The translations under genes were made by a program, and so were the position numbers. Under the pieces are notes generated by a model that saw nothing but the letters and a program-made list of their open reading frames with translations, ran no database searches and was not told where the DNA came from. A stretch of 64,000 nucleotides of DNA from an uncultured Methanomicrobiales archaeon (lineage in GTDB: Archaea; Halobacteriota; Methanomicrobia; Methanomicrobiales; Methanospirillaceae): contig CAVWXH010000016.1 in NCBI GenBank assembly GCA_963758915.1, positions 224,001 to 288,000 of the forward strand, given 5' to 3'. Of the stretch, positions 53,274 through 63,909 are shown piece by piece (positions within the stretch are counted from its first letter, which is position 1; each line of letters begins with the position of its first letter).

Positions 53274-53861
53274 ATGTCAATGAAAAACAGAAATGAAAAC
53301 GCGTTCACCGGTCTCGAGGCGGCAATCGTTCTGATTGCGTTCGTCGTCGTCGCCGCAGTGTTCAGTTACGTCGTGCTCGGTGCAGGTTTCTTCACCACAC
53401 AGAAAAGCCAGCAGGTTGTCCATGCAGGTGTTACCCAGGCTGCATCAAACATTGTAGTCAAGGGGAACGTGTATGGGATTGTCGAGCAATGGGTACTAAT
53501 ACGTACTGTTGGATAGATTCAGTTTGATCTTGGTCTTGCAGCAGGTGGATTACCTGTTGATGTGACTAAGATACAGATGGTTTATTCTACAGCAAATGCA
53601 ACGCCGTATACAATTCCAGGTATTACAACAGGACTGCAATCGGCTACTACTGGTGGATAAGTGGAATGTCACAGGTAGATCACCTGGAGCAAATGACCTG
53701 ATCCAGGAAGGGCAGTATTTCACTGTCATGTTATGCCCCACAGACTAATCTAACCGCAAGGGAAGCATTCAGTCTTGAAATCAAACCTGAAAATGGTGCG
53801 GCACTTGGTATTGAGAGAACGGTACCTGCCGGGATAACGAACACAACAGTTACTATTCTAA
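53274..53861 (+). CDS. flaB: archaellin, with several single-base insertions and in-frame stops as assembled
   Basis: Class III signal NENA|FTGLEAAIVLIAFVVVAAVFS; later fragments IQFDLGLAAGGLPVD, NDLIQEGQYF, FSLEIKPENGAALGIERTVP lie in shifting frames. Confidence 0.88.
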
Positions 53862-54012
53862 TCTAATCTTAACCCCTTTTTCGGGAATTTTAAATTATTA
53901 TTCTATTCTTCGTAAGTTGTTTTCAGAAATTATTTTTCCTTATTGTCATTCGTCACTGTCATCCAAATGGCAAAGCTATATTAACGAATAACAGTGAAAC
54001 ATTGTACTTAAT

Positions 54013-54852
54013 ATGGCAGTAAACCAGGCACAGGTTGACCACATCATTTCGACGGCATCTGCCGATGACCCTGAAGTGAAACTGCTGAAATTACAGGACG
54101 AGGTCGAACTGTTAAAGACCTCAATAAAACGTCTTCTGATTGATATCCGCGAACGGATGAACGATATGGAGAACCCGTTCAACGTGGGGATCCAGGCTGG
54201 CAGTGTTCCGGATGCTCCTACAAAATCAATAAAAATTAACAGGCAGGACCCTGTGGAAACCATAGAGATCGAGGAAGTTCATTCTCAGAAACCTGAACAC
54301 GTTCCAGCAGCAGCTCAAATCCCGCCGATCACCCCGCCCATTACTCAACCCCACCAGGATACCGGGACCATTACAAGGATCCCTCTGAATTCCGGTAATT
54401 CTGATGAAATGATGCTGGCAGCGATCCGGGCCCAGTTTGCAGGTATGCCGGGCCAGGCAGTGCCTGTTATTAAAGAATCCGAATCTGCCGGTAAAGTCCG
54501 CCTGCAGAAAGTATTTCGGCTCTTTGAATGGACAAGCAAGACAGTAAAGAAATACGGGCATGACCGGGTTGACCTGATGCTCGAGTCGTATCGTGCGATG
54601 GGCTATATTTCAGATGAATCTGCAAAACTCGTCAGGGATATCACCCGCCTGATGCCGACAACACTCGGCGAGATACATGAAATCCGTGCAGACGAATTTG
54701 TTTCTGAATTATACGAGCTGAACCATATCCTGAACCCGTCAGATGCCACACTGGACCGTGACATGATAGAGGTCCTCATGGAGAAACGTGGTAGTCCTGT
54801 TACGAGCCATGGGAGTTGCCCGGGAAGACCACTCACGGGAAGAACAGCCTGA
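54013..54852 (+). CDS. ArlC/D/E-like archaellum switch protein
   Basis: N-terminal coiled coil ending MENPFN; C-terminal FEWT....KYG......LESYRAMGYIS resembles the FlaD/E domain; position between flaB and flaG. Confidence 0.7.
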   Translation: MAVNQAQVDHIISTASADDPEVKLLKLQDEVELLKTSIKRLLIDIRERMNDMENPFNVGIQAGSVPDAPTKSIKINRQDPVETIEIEEVHSQKPEHVPAAAQIPPITPPITQPHQDTGTITRIPLNSGNSDEMMLAAIRAQFAGMPGQAVPVIKESESAGKVRLQKVFRLFEWTSKTVKKYGHDRVDLMLESYRAMGYISDESAKLVRDITRLMPTTLGEIHEIRADEFVSELYELNHILNPSDATLDRDMIEVLMEKRGSPVTSHGSCPGRPLTGRTA

Positions 54853-54889
54853 AGCTGATTTTCTACATTCCAAAGACAGGATCTGATGA

Positions 54890-55351
54890 ATGTCGAGTGA
54901 GACAATCGTCACCGCCCTCTTTCTGATCGCTGCCGTGGTGGCTGCTGGTGTGCTGATTAATGCGGTTTTTCCTATCATCTCGAGGACGACGGAGACATTT
55001 GGTTCTGTGGCACATTCGACGGATAACCAGATCCGGACCGATATCAAGATTGTAAATTACTTTGCAAAAAATCCCGATGCCCAGATATGGCTGAAAAATA
55101 TCGGGACTTCACGGATATCTGCAACCGAACTGGATGAATCGGATGTTTTCATCGGTGGAGTGGGTAATTTTTCACGCTCCTCCCTCGCCAACCATTGGGA
55201 TAAGGATTTGACAGGTCAATGGTGGGACCCCGGGGAGACCCTTCACGTTACCCTTACCAGTGACAAAATTCCAGCTACCGGTGGAATGGCATATTTTGCT
55301 ATTGTTTTACCGAATGGAGTAAAACGGTCAGTTGAATTTGTTACTGACTAA
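54890..55351 (+). CDS. flaG: archaellum protein ArlG
   Basis: MSSETIVTALFLIAAV, RTDIKI, WLKNIG, WDPGETL. Confidence 0.85.
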   Translation: MSSETIVTALFLIAAVVAAGVLINAVFPIISRTTETFGSVAHSTDNQIRTDIKIVNYFAKNPDAQIWLKNIGTSRISATELDESDVFIGGVGNFSRSSLANHWDKDLTGQWWDPGETLHVTLTSDKIPATGGMAYFAIVLPNGVKRSVEFVTD

Positions 55352-55374
55352 ATTTAAGAAGGACTGGTTACCGG

Positions 55375-55818
55375 ATGGCATTTGCATCGATTATCGGCTC
55401 AGCTATCGGAATTATCCTCCTGATAGTTACGGCCTATGTGCTCGTCGGGGGTGTCCTGACTACCACGCAGATTGCGATGAATGCACAGTCTGACATGACG
55501 GCGGTTCACATGCAAATGATTGGGACTGCCATCACCATTGATTCAGCTTCAGTGGCAAACAGCTCCCCGATAATACTCCAGATGCGGAATACCGGCAGTG
55601 AGCCGGTTGACCTCTCTAATATAAATGTTTTTATCCAGGTACCGGGGACTGCCCCTGTATTGATCCCAAAAGGATCAATCTCAATCTCACCTGATAGTAA
55701 ACAATGGCGCCCCACAGCCGAGCTGACTATGAATGTTACCTATGCTGGCACGTACCCGGTCATTATACAGCTGACAACAGAAAATGGCTTTTCAGCCATT
55801 ACCAAAGTTACACCATAA
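55375..55818 (+). CDS. flaF: archaellum protein ArlF
   Basis: N-terminal TM, NTGS, WRP, TENG; operon position. Confidence 0.75.
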   Translation: MAFASIIGSAIGIILLIVTAYVLVGGVLTTTQIAMNAQSDMTAVHMQMIGTAITIDSASVANSSPIILQMRNTGSEPVDLSNINVFIQVPGTAPVLIPKGSISISPDSKQWRPTAELTMNVTYAGTYPVIIQLTTENGFSAITKVTP

Positions 55819-56073
55819 AGGAATTGTGCATTGAAACGATGTGAAATCCGGCTGTATTATTCTTGTGTGGAATGGTTATGACATTGACTAATTACTGTTG
55901 CAAATATTCTTATTAAATCAGATACATGCCCGTCCTGTTCTGTGGCCGGGGTGATCTGAAAATATTACGAATGCATCACCCTATCTGAAATCCGGGATGT
56001 ATTTGTACAAGGCAGAGAATTAAATAGTGTTGAATCGATTATTCAATATATATAATTATATGAAGGGTGGCAA

Positions 56074-56811
56074 ATGGGATTTGAGGGCATCGCAGGTATT
56101 CTTGGTGGTGAAGACAAGAAAATTCTCTCAACCGGGAATAATGAAATAGATAAGAAAATAGCTGATGGTCTTCCATTGGGTTCCCTCACGCTTATTGAAG
56201 GAGAGAATGATACCGGTAAAAGTGTCCTGACAGAGCAGATAATCTGGGGTGCAATGAAACAGGGCCTCTGCGTTGACCTTTACTCTACCGAAATGACTGC
56301 AAAAAGTTTCCTTTCCCAGATGGAGTCAATGAGCCTTGATGTATCAGATTATTTTGCATGGGGTTATGTAAAGCTCTTCCCGCTGCACATGGTCGGGTTC
56401 AAATGGTCTAAAGAAGAGATGGACGGGATCCTGGAAAACATCATTGAACATATCAGGGGGAGCAAAGCCCAGGTCATAATTATCGATTCTCTTACCATGT
56501 TTACCGAGTATACCACCCAGGGGACGATCCTCACGTTCCTGACGAACTGTAAGAACCTGGTCGACCATGGAAAGACAATTCTCATCACACTTCACACGTA
56601 TGCATTCCAGGAGGATACCCTGATCCGTATCCGTTCCATCTGCGATGCACATCTCTACATGAAAAAATCCCTGATTGGTGACAAATATGTCATGGTCATG
56701 GAAGTGGTAAAAGTCCGGGGTGCACGGAAAACAACCGGTAACCTGGTAAGTTTCGAAGTTCACCCCGGTTACGGCATGAAAATAATTCCGATTTCAATGG
56801 CAAAGGTCTGA
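56074..56811 (+). CDS. flaH: archaellum KaiC-like ATPase ArlH
   Basis: STGNNEID, EGENDTGKS, IIDSLT, FEVHPGYG. Confidence 0.93.
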   Translation: MGFEGIAGILGGEDKKILSTGNNEIDKKIADGLPLGSLTLIEGENDTGKSVLTEQIIWGAMKQGLCVDLYSTEMTAKSFLSQMESMSLDVSDYFAWGYVKLFPLHMVGFKWSKEEMDGILENIIEHIRGSKAQVIIIDSLTMFTEYTTQGTILTFLTNCKNLVDHGKTILITLHTYAFQEDTLIRIRSICDAHLYMKKSLIGDKYVMVMEVVKVRGARKTTGNLVSFEVHPGYGMKIIPISMAKV

Positions 56812-56812
56812 T

Positions 56813-58693
56813 ATGAGTTCCGGAGAAATTTCAGTCGCAACAAGCCTCTCCCTGCCCTTTAAACGCGCGGTAAACACAGAAGACAACGACTGCGCGAATA
56901 ATATCGAGTCCTGTGCACTCTACAGGATGTTACCTACCAATGCAAAAGAGTACGTGCAGCACAGTCCGCACCTCCTCGAATACCTGCATATCTTCCCGGT
57001 CGATGAATATGGAATCCCCCTCTTTTTTTCGGAATTAAAACGTGATTTAAAGTCGATGACGGAACCTAACCTCATCTACCCTGCCGATAAAGATACATTT
57101 GTCCACATTTTTTTCGATCCCAACGATGTCAGGAACTATTACATCCCGATTGAGCCCTCCTTCCTGCACAGTGTCAAAGACCTTGTTCCCGCGGTTGAAT
57201 ACAAGTTGATCGATCTCCTTGACGCACTGGAAGATGACCCGGTTACCGATGAGGAACGGAGCACGGTATTACGAAAGCTCCTCAAACAGGTCGTCCAGAT
57301 TAAAATGCCCGGGGAAAATATTCCCACAATGGGGAGTGAAGAAACAGAAAATCCGGGATTCATGGGAAAAATGAAGGGTTTCCTGAATAAGGACCTCACG
57401 AAGAAGGACAGTTCCGGGAGGGCACATGCGTTCGCACATGTTGCACGTACCCCTGATGGCAGGGTCATTATGACGCCCCAGGAGTATTCAGCCCTTGAAT
57501 ACATGATGGTCCGCGACAAGGTTGATATCGGCCTTTTAAAGCCGTTCCTCAGTGACAGGTATATTGAAGATATCACCTGTGACGGTATCGGCCCGATATT
57601 TGTTGAACACAAAATATTCAAAGGCCTTAAATCGGTGGTTGGCTGGGACAAGGAAAAAGAGCTGGATAATTACGTGATAAAACTTGCAGAACGGACAAAG
57701 CGGCCTATCACGTACCGGAACCCGATCGTTGATGCAACACTGCCTGACGGTTCCCGTATCAACATTGTATATAGCACGGATATCAGCCGTAAAGGCTCAA
57801 ATTTCACCATCCGTAAAGCGATGGACGACCCGATCAGTATCCTGAAACTGATTGAATTCAAGACCTGCGATTATATGTGTGCTGCGTATCTCTGGATCTG
57901 TATCGAGAACGGCATGTCACTTTTCATGAGTGGTGAAACGGCAAGTGGTAAGACGACATCACTCAATGCAATGACGACGTTCATTCCACCGGAGAACAAG
58001 ATTGTAACCATCGAGGACACCCCCGAACTCCAGATCCCTCACCTGAACTGGACACGTGAAGTCTCAAAAGGCAAAGGGAAGGGGGAAGGGGAAGGAGGTG
58101 ATGTGACGATGTTTGACCTCTTACGGGCCGCACTCCGTCAGCGTCCGAACCAGATCCTTGTTGGTGAGATCCGTGGTGTTGAAGGTGCCGTCGCATTCGG
58201 TGCGATGCAGACCGGCCACCCGGTACTTTCAACATTCCACGCGGCCTCTGTTGAAAAACTTATCCAGCGTCTTTGTGGTGACCCGATCCTTATCCCGAAG
58301 ACCTATGTCGATAACCTGAACCTTGTTGTTATCCAGAGTTCGGTTCGTCGCCCGACTGGTGAAATGGTCCGTAGGATCCTCTCTATAAATGAACTGGTGG
58401 GTTTTAACCCGGAAACCGGTGGTTTCTCGTTTGTCGAGATGTTCAGCTGGAACCCTATCACAGACGCCCATGATTTCCATGGAAGGGGAAGCAGTTTCCT
58501 CCTTGAAAACAGGATTGCCACAATGCTCGGTATTCCTGATCATAAAAAAGCGGGTATGTACCTTGAAGTGGAAAAAAGGGCACGTATTCTTGAAAGACTG
58601 CATAAGGCCGGTTATACCGGGTTCTATGACCTGTACCACATGATGACCAAAATCAAGAAGCAGGGGCTCCTTACTATTGATATCCCCGACTAG
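56813..58693 (+). CDS. flaI: archaellum secretion ATPase ArlI
   Basis: LPDGSRINI, GETASGKTT, IEDTPE, ALRQRP, VGEIRG, MQTGH. Confidence 0.95.
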   Translation: MSSGEISVATSLSLPFKRAVNTEDNDCANNIESCALYRMLPTNAKEYVQHSPHLLEYLHIFPVDEYGIPLFFSELKRDLKSMTEPNLIYPADKDTFVHIFFDPNDVRNYYIPIEPSFLHSVKDLVPAVEYKLIDLLDALEDDPVTDEERSTVLRKLLKQVVQIKMPGENIPTMGSEETENPGFMGKMKGFLNKDLTKKDSSGRAHAFAHVARTPDGRVIMTPQEYSALEYMMVRDKVDIGLLKPFLSDRYIEDITCDGIGPIFVEHKIFKGLKSVVGWDKEKELDNYVIKLAERTKRPITYRNPIVDATLPDGSRINIVYSTDISRKGSNFTIRKAMDDPISILKLIEFKTCDYMCAAYLWICIENGMSLFMSGETASGKTTSLNAMTTFIPPENKIVTIEDTPELQIPHLNWTREVSKGKGKGEGEGGDVTMFDLLRAALRQRPNQILVGEIRGVEGAVAFGAMQTGHPVLSTFHAASVEKLIQRLCGDPILIPKTYVDNLNLVVIQSSVRRPTGEMVRRILSINELVGFNPETGGFSFVEMFSWNPITDAHDFHGRGSSFLLENRIATMLGIPDHKKAGMYLEVEKRARILERLHKAGYTGFYDLYHMMTKIKKQGLLTIDIPD

Positions 58694-58710
58694 AGAGTCT
58701 GCAGCCTGTT

Positions 58711-60334
58711 ATGGATGTTAAAAACCTTCCCGCCGGGCCAACCGCCCTTCCGGTTAAAGAAGGCCGCCAGGTACCCTTCAAGGGTATGATAAAGTCGATC
58801 CGCGAGAAGACTGGACTCAATTCTTGAGGCCAAGCGGATGGCTGCAGATATGCTGTTTATGGCCACCTACATGTGTGCGATTACAACCGCACGTGCAACC
58901 CGGCCCGAGATCTTTGCATATACTGCCCTCAGAAAAGAGTATGCGACAGCCAAGTATATTGCAAAAGTTGAATTTTTTGTCAAGCGCTGGAATTACAGTT
59001 ACGTCGAAGCCCTTACAGCGGTTGCGGAACGGACAAAAAACAAACTGCTGGCGAGTATGCTGAACCGCTATTCAAACTCAATAGAGTCCGGTGTACCGGA
59101 TGAGGACTTCCTTAACCGCGAACTTGCAACCGTCAGGAGTGTTTACCGGAACAACTACGAGCAGGGCCTTGAAATGCTCAAAAAATGGGGCGATGCGTAC
59201 ATTGCGATGCTGTTCTCCGGCGCCCTTGTCGGGATTATCATCATGGTCTCAGTTGCCCTTTTTACACCTGATAATATCCAGGGGACCCTGATGTTGTCCT
59301 ACATGATTGTAATTACAACTTCGCTGTTTGGAATTATAACAATGTACACTTCTGTCCCTTCAGACGAGAAGATCCATGACCTTCCTGTAGGTTCAAAGGA
59401 GCAGATGATAATCAAGCGTCTTGAACGGAGGATTATTCCTGTTATTATCATTGTCACGGTAGTTTTTATTGGTATCAGTGCATCCGGGCTTATCAAGGAC
59501 GTATACGGCCTTGTTATGCTATTAATCGGGCTTATGCTCCTTCCCCTTGGTATTATCGGGTACCTTGACGACAGCAATATTATCCAGCGGGACGCTGACT
59601 TTACTTCGTTCATACGAAGTATTGGTGCAGTTATGGGTGGAAAAGGGACAACAATGGGCCATGCGCTGGCAGAAATTGACCGGAAATCCCTTGTTGTTCT
59701 GGAACCGTTGATCAATGGCGTATATTCAAAACTGAACCTCGGCCTTGACGAGAACGCCAGTTGGGAGAAATTTATCGGGGAGAGCGGGAGTAACCTGATC
59801 TATAAGTATCTGAATATTTTCAGGGACTCATGTGAGCTCGGAGGGTCCCCGGACACGATTGGCGAGATAGCCGGCTCATCAATGCTTGAACAGGTCCTGC
59901 TCAGGGAGAAGAGAAATTCGGTTTCCATGGGTTTTGTCGTCCTCATTATCCCTATGCATACGATGATGATTGCCATTTTCCTGTTCCTTTTCCATATTCT
60001 CCTGACTATGTCCAAGGCAATTGCAGGTGTTATGGACAATCTCAATGCGATGGGTGAAGGTACCCAGGCCGCCCAAAGCGTCGGGGGGTCAATGGTCAGC
60101 GGTATCAATATGTTTGTTTCATTTCCTGAAGCAGAAATGACGCTCTATATCATAATCATGATTACGATTATTACGGTTGCAAATATTTTTGCAGGAAAAA
60201 TTGTGATGGGCGGCGGGAGATATATTTTTTACTTCTTTGCTAGCATTTTATCGATTATGACGGGGCTTGTATATATTGTGGCGCCGCATATTGTAGCGAT
60301 GTTCTTTAACATCCCGGTCTTTCAGGGGGTATAG
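58711..60334 (+). CDS. flaJ: archaellum platform protein ArlJ; +1 frameshift near 58810 in the N-terminus
   Basis: MDVKNLP...IREK joins LDSILEAKRMAAD if one base is removed; multi-TM GspF-like protein after flaI. Confidence 0.9.
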
Positions 60335-60337
60335 CGC

Positions 60338-61603
60338 ATGAAGGATACAGTCAGGCGGATCCTGTTATTTGTCGTCATCCTTATAGCCGGGCTGGTACTA
60401 ATCCTGTTTGATTTACCCGCAGTTCTTTTGGTACTGGTGGTCATTGTACTGGCATTTGTGGCACTTTTAATCAATGGGTCAATCAAACTACCAAAACTAC
60501 GGGTACCGAATATTGCATTTTCATTAAAAAAAGGTCCTAAAAAACAGGATAAAGAACAAAAATCTCCGGTAGTGCAAAAAGCAGCACCGGAAAAAAGCGG
60601 GAAAAAACAGGAACCTCCGCCTAAAAAAACAACGAAAAAAACATCTTCAAAAACTACCGGCAGTCTCTCCACAATCAGGGGCGCATTTTCATCAATGGGA
60701 CAGGCTCTCTCGGTCATAGCAGGCGATATTGGTAAGGCAAGGAAGCCTTCATCTGCCAAACAGCGGGACAAACAGAAACTTGACCAGATGCTCGACCAGT
60801 CAGTCCAGGGCCGTGCGCCTGATATCAGGTCTCTTAAGGAGGCAAATCCCGAAATTGTCCCTTCGGGAAAACAGACTGTCAGCGATCCCTTCTCAACCCT
60901 TGTGAAAGAGCAGATGAACACGGAGTTGCTTGAATCCGAGGGAGCGGGTGAAGATCTGGGGGACCTTGCTTCACTGAACGACTTTGATCTCGGTGCTGAC
61001 ATGTCGGGAGCATTTAGTGATGATATATCAAATCTTGATATCTCTCTTGATGCTGAAGAAGGCATTGCAATTGATGACGATTCTGATACCGACGAAGTTG
61101 CATCAATACTTGCTGCGAATATGGGGGACCTGGACCCGGCAGAAGAAGAAAAGGACCTGCTATCGAGTGATATGAATCTCGGTGGTCTCGAGGACCTTGA
61201 TATAAACAGTATTGATCTGGACCAGGAACTCGGGGACCCTGATAACCCGGAGACTAAAGAATCCAGAATGGTATCCCAGCCAGAAAAAAGCTCCCCTGGT
61301 TCATCCCAAAAACCCGCATCATCATCTCCTGCACCGATGGGGGGGTCCCCGCCTGCATCCGCTCCTTCCGCGAAGCCTGCAGTAATGGAAACGCCAAAGG
61401 ATATGAGTGCCTCGATGATGGCATTTTCCTCCGGAAAAGGCATGGATGATGACCTGATGTCTTCACTTAAATCTGATGCTTCAGGTGTGAAGAGAAATGA
61501 TAATGCACCCCTGCTCCGGGACTTGAAGGATGTGAAAGTCCCGGCTGCAGATCTCGAGAAAGATCTGGAAGGGATATTAAGTATGACGAAAGCAAAGAAA
61601 TAA
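60338..61603 (+). CDS. membrane-anchored protein with Lys-rich and Asp/Glu-rich low-complexity regions
   Basis: Two N-terminal TM helices; long D/E/L-rich segment; starts 3 nt after the flaJ stop. Confidence 0.75.
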   Translation: MKDTVRRILLFVVILIAGLVLILFDLPAVLLVLVVIVLAFVALLINGSIKLPKLRVPNIAFSLKKGPKKQDKEQKSPVVQKAAPEKSGKKQEPPPKKTTKKTSSKTTGSLSTIRGAFSSMGQALSVIAGDIGKARKPSSAKQRDKQKLDQMLDQSVQGRAPDIRSLKEANPEIVPSGKQTVSDPFSTLVKEQMNTELLESEGAGEDLGDLASLNDFDLGADMSGAFSDDISNLDISLDAEEGIAIDDDSDTDEVASILAANMGDLDPAEEEKDLLSSDMNLGGLEDLDINSIDLDQELGDPDNPETKESRMVSQPEKSSPGSSQKPASSSPAPMGGSPPASAPSAKPAVMETPKDMSASMMAFSSGKGMDDDLMSSLKSDASGVKRNDNAPLLRDLKDVKVPAADLEKDLEGILSMTKAKK

Positions 61604-61635
61604 GTGACGAGAGAGTATCCGGATCGAGGGCTGAT

Positions 61636-62445
61636 ATGACTGAAATACCTGTAAAAATTGAAAAAGATGGGAAATGGGTTGTCTCAAAGATTGATATCAC
61701 CCAGGACCAGCTTTCCATCAGGGAGCCTGTCAACACGGATATACCATTTAAATCGATCATCAACCTTGAAGAGAAGAAAAGTATCCTTCTCATCATGGTA
61801 AAAGGGAACCCTGAAGTAATATATCGGATTGCCACCGTCCCGAAGGCTTTGCAGGTCTTAAAGCGTATGATCATTATGTCATGCAGTGCGTACCGCCTGA
61901 GTGCGTATTTCATGTCACCGGCTGTCCGGGGTGGCGTAATGGTCACTGATGCACAATGGGAGAAAGGGGCGATCGCGGTACTGAAAACCGGGATCTGGTT
62001 TGTAAGCCAGAACAAGCAGGTATGTGTCCCGATTTCCGAAGTCGCAGGCATTGAAATGACGCAGCGCGACCTCCAGAATAAACAGGTGGATGTCATCAAA
62101 ATCGACCATCTTGAAAATGGTGAAGTAGTAACAAGTTTCGTCCTTTGCCCGCTCTCGACATTGCAGGTCCTTCTTAACTTTTTGAAAGATGCGACCAAGG
62201 AAATGGACATGAAGGGTGATGAGTTAGACCCGCTTGCTGCGCAGGTAGGAATGCTCGTCTATAGTGGCATGGACTCACATGCAATTGAAAATATGCTGAA
62301 TATTCCCCATAATGAACTCGACCAGATATTCGATAAACTATTAAAACTGGGAGTTGTCGAAGTGATGTTTACCAGGAGAGAAGTCCAGCTTACTCCAAAA
62401 GGTGTCCGTTTCATCTCGGATGCGGTTAAACCTCCAACACCGTGA
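61636..62445 (+). CDS. cheF: archaeal chemotaxis adaptor CheF
   Basis: FMSPAVRGGVM...WEKG, KIDH, C-terminal wHTH (RREVQLTPKG). Confidence 0.9.
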   Translation: MTEIPVKIEKDGKWVVSKIDITQDQLSIREPVNTDIPFKSIINLEEKKSILLIMVKGNPEVIYRIATVPKALQVLKRMIIMSCSAYRLSAYFMSPAVRGGVMVTDAQWEKGAIAVLKTGIWFVSQNKQVCVPISEVAGIEMTQRDLQNKQVDVIKIDHLENGEVVTSFVLCPLSTLQVLLNFLKDATKEMDMKGDELDPLAAQVGMLVYSGMDSHAIENMLNIPHNELDQIFDKLLKLGVVEVMFTRREVQLTPKGVRFISDAVKPPTP

Positions 62446-62514
62446 CCAATCTGCAAACGCATAAGCGGCATTAAGTACATATAAGTGCCGGACAAAGAGC
62501 TGGTGTGATTACAT

Positions 62515-62877
62515 ATGGGGCGAATTCTGATCGTTGACGATACACTTTTTATGAGGACACTTCTTAAAAACATCCTGTTCTCCGGAGGACATTCGATTGT
62601 CGGTGAGGCCGGGGATGGTGATGAAGCCATTGAGAAGTACAAGGAGTTAAAACCAGACCTGGTTACCATGGATGTAGTGATGCCGAAAATGAACGGGATA
62701 GAGGCATTAAAGGGAATTAAGGCCCTGGATCCAAATGCACGGGTAATTATGTGCACGGCTGTCGGGCAGGAGCAGATGGTGAAGCTGGCGATAAAAAGTG
62801 GTGCGAGAGGATATGTTGTAAAACCATTCCAGGCACCAAAAGTGCTCGAAGAGATTAAAAACGTCCTCGGATCGTGA
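62515..62877 (+). CDS. cheY: chemotaxis response regulator CheY
   Basis: IVDD, TMDVVMPKMNG, MCTA, VKPF. Confidence 0.95.
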   Translation: MGRILIVDDTLFMRTLLKNILFSGGHSIVGEAGDGDEAIEKYKELKPDLVTMDVVMPKMNGIEALKGIKALDPNARVIMCTAVGQEQMVKLAIKSGARGYVVKPFQAPKVLEEIKNVLGS

Positions 62878-63908
62878 CGATGATCCGTGTTCTTGTGATT
62901 GATGATTCGCTATTTATGCGTACGATCATCACTGACATGCTTCAAAAAGACCCGGAAATAGAGGTTGTCGGAGTGGCCACAAACGGTGAGGACGGGCTGG
63001 AAAAGATCCATGAGTTAAAACCAGATGTCATAACGCTGGATATCGAGATGCCAAAGATGGATGGTATCGAAGTGCTCAGGCGTAAAGCTTCATTGGAGCA
63101 CCAGCCGAAAACACTGATGCTCAGTTCACTCACCTCACAGGGGGCCCTGATGACAAAAAAGGCGATGGCATACGGTGCTGACGATTTTATGCTGAAACCA
63201 AAGGACCTTGCGCGCATACGAGGTATATCACAGGAACTAGTGATCAAAGTAAAAAACCTGGTGAATATCGCCTACGTATCAAGAAAACCAGGTCCCGCTG
63301 GCGAAATTGCAAATAAAATCGTCCTGATTGGGTCCTCGGCCGGTGGTCCCCCTATGCTTGACGTCCTTCTCTCATCATTCACATCGAGTATACCCGCGGC
63401 CATTATGATCACCCAGCACATGCCTGAAGGTGGATTCACCGCAGCGCTTGCAGCACGGCTCAACCGGCTCTCCCCAATGCCGGTAAAAGAGACCGAAAAC
63501 GGTGATGTCCTGTCAAGTGGGCAGGTTTACGTATCGATGGCCGGGTACCATACGGTTATTTCCAGCATGGTCTCCCAGTCCGGAGTAAAAGGTGGGAGGG
63601 TCATCCATTCACGAGCCCCACCGGAGCACGGCGTACGACCTGCTGTAAACAAAACTTTTTCATCTTCAGCTGCTGCGTTTGGCCCCTTCACAGTGTCAAC
63701 GATTTTATCGGGAATGGGAAGTGACGGGGGAGATGGTACCCTCGCAGTGAAACAGCATGGAGGGACGACGATGGTCTGCCGCGAATCGGAATGCCTTGTA
63801 TATGGGATGGCTCGTGCAGCACTCAAACTTAACTGCGTGGACTCGGTATTGCCACTTCGTTCGATGGCCGGTGAGATAACACGGGTAGTGAAAACCATGG
63901 GTGGATAA
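62874..63908 (+). CDS. cheB: chemotaxis methylesterase CheB
   Basis: REC domain; GSSAGGP, TQHMP, RPAV, LSGMGSDG. Confidence 0.95.
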   Translation: MTMIRVLVIDDSLFMRTIITDMLQKDPEIEVVGVATNGEDGLEKIHELKPDVITLDIEMPKMDGIEVLRRKASLEHQPKTLMLSSLTSQGALMTKKAMAYGADDFMLKPKDLARIRGISQELVIKVKNLVNIAYVSRKPGPAGEIANKIVLIGSSAGGPPMLDVLLSSFTSSIPAAIMITQHMPEGGFTAALAARLNRLSPMPVKETENGDVLSSGQVYVSMAGYHTVISSMVSQSGVKGGRVIHSRAPPEHGVRPAVNKTFSSSAAAFGPFTVSTILSGMGSDGGDGTLAVKQHGGTTMVCRESECLVYGMARAALKLNCVDSVLPLRSMAGEITRVVKTMGG

Positions 63909-63909
63909 C

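Noticed and set aside
53514-53516. In-frame TAG in archaellin as pyrrolysine readthrough
   Set aside because: It is surrounded by several frameshifts, and no pyl genes are in the window; indel noise explains it better.
62476-62515. Two TACATA hexamers upstream of cheY as EarA sites
   Set aside because: The motif is short and AT-rich, one copy overlaps the start codon, and no such cluster is seen upstream of flaB.
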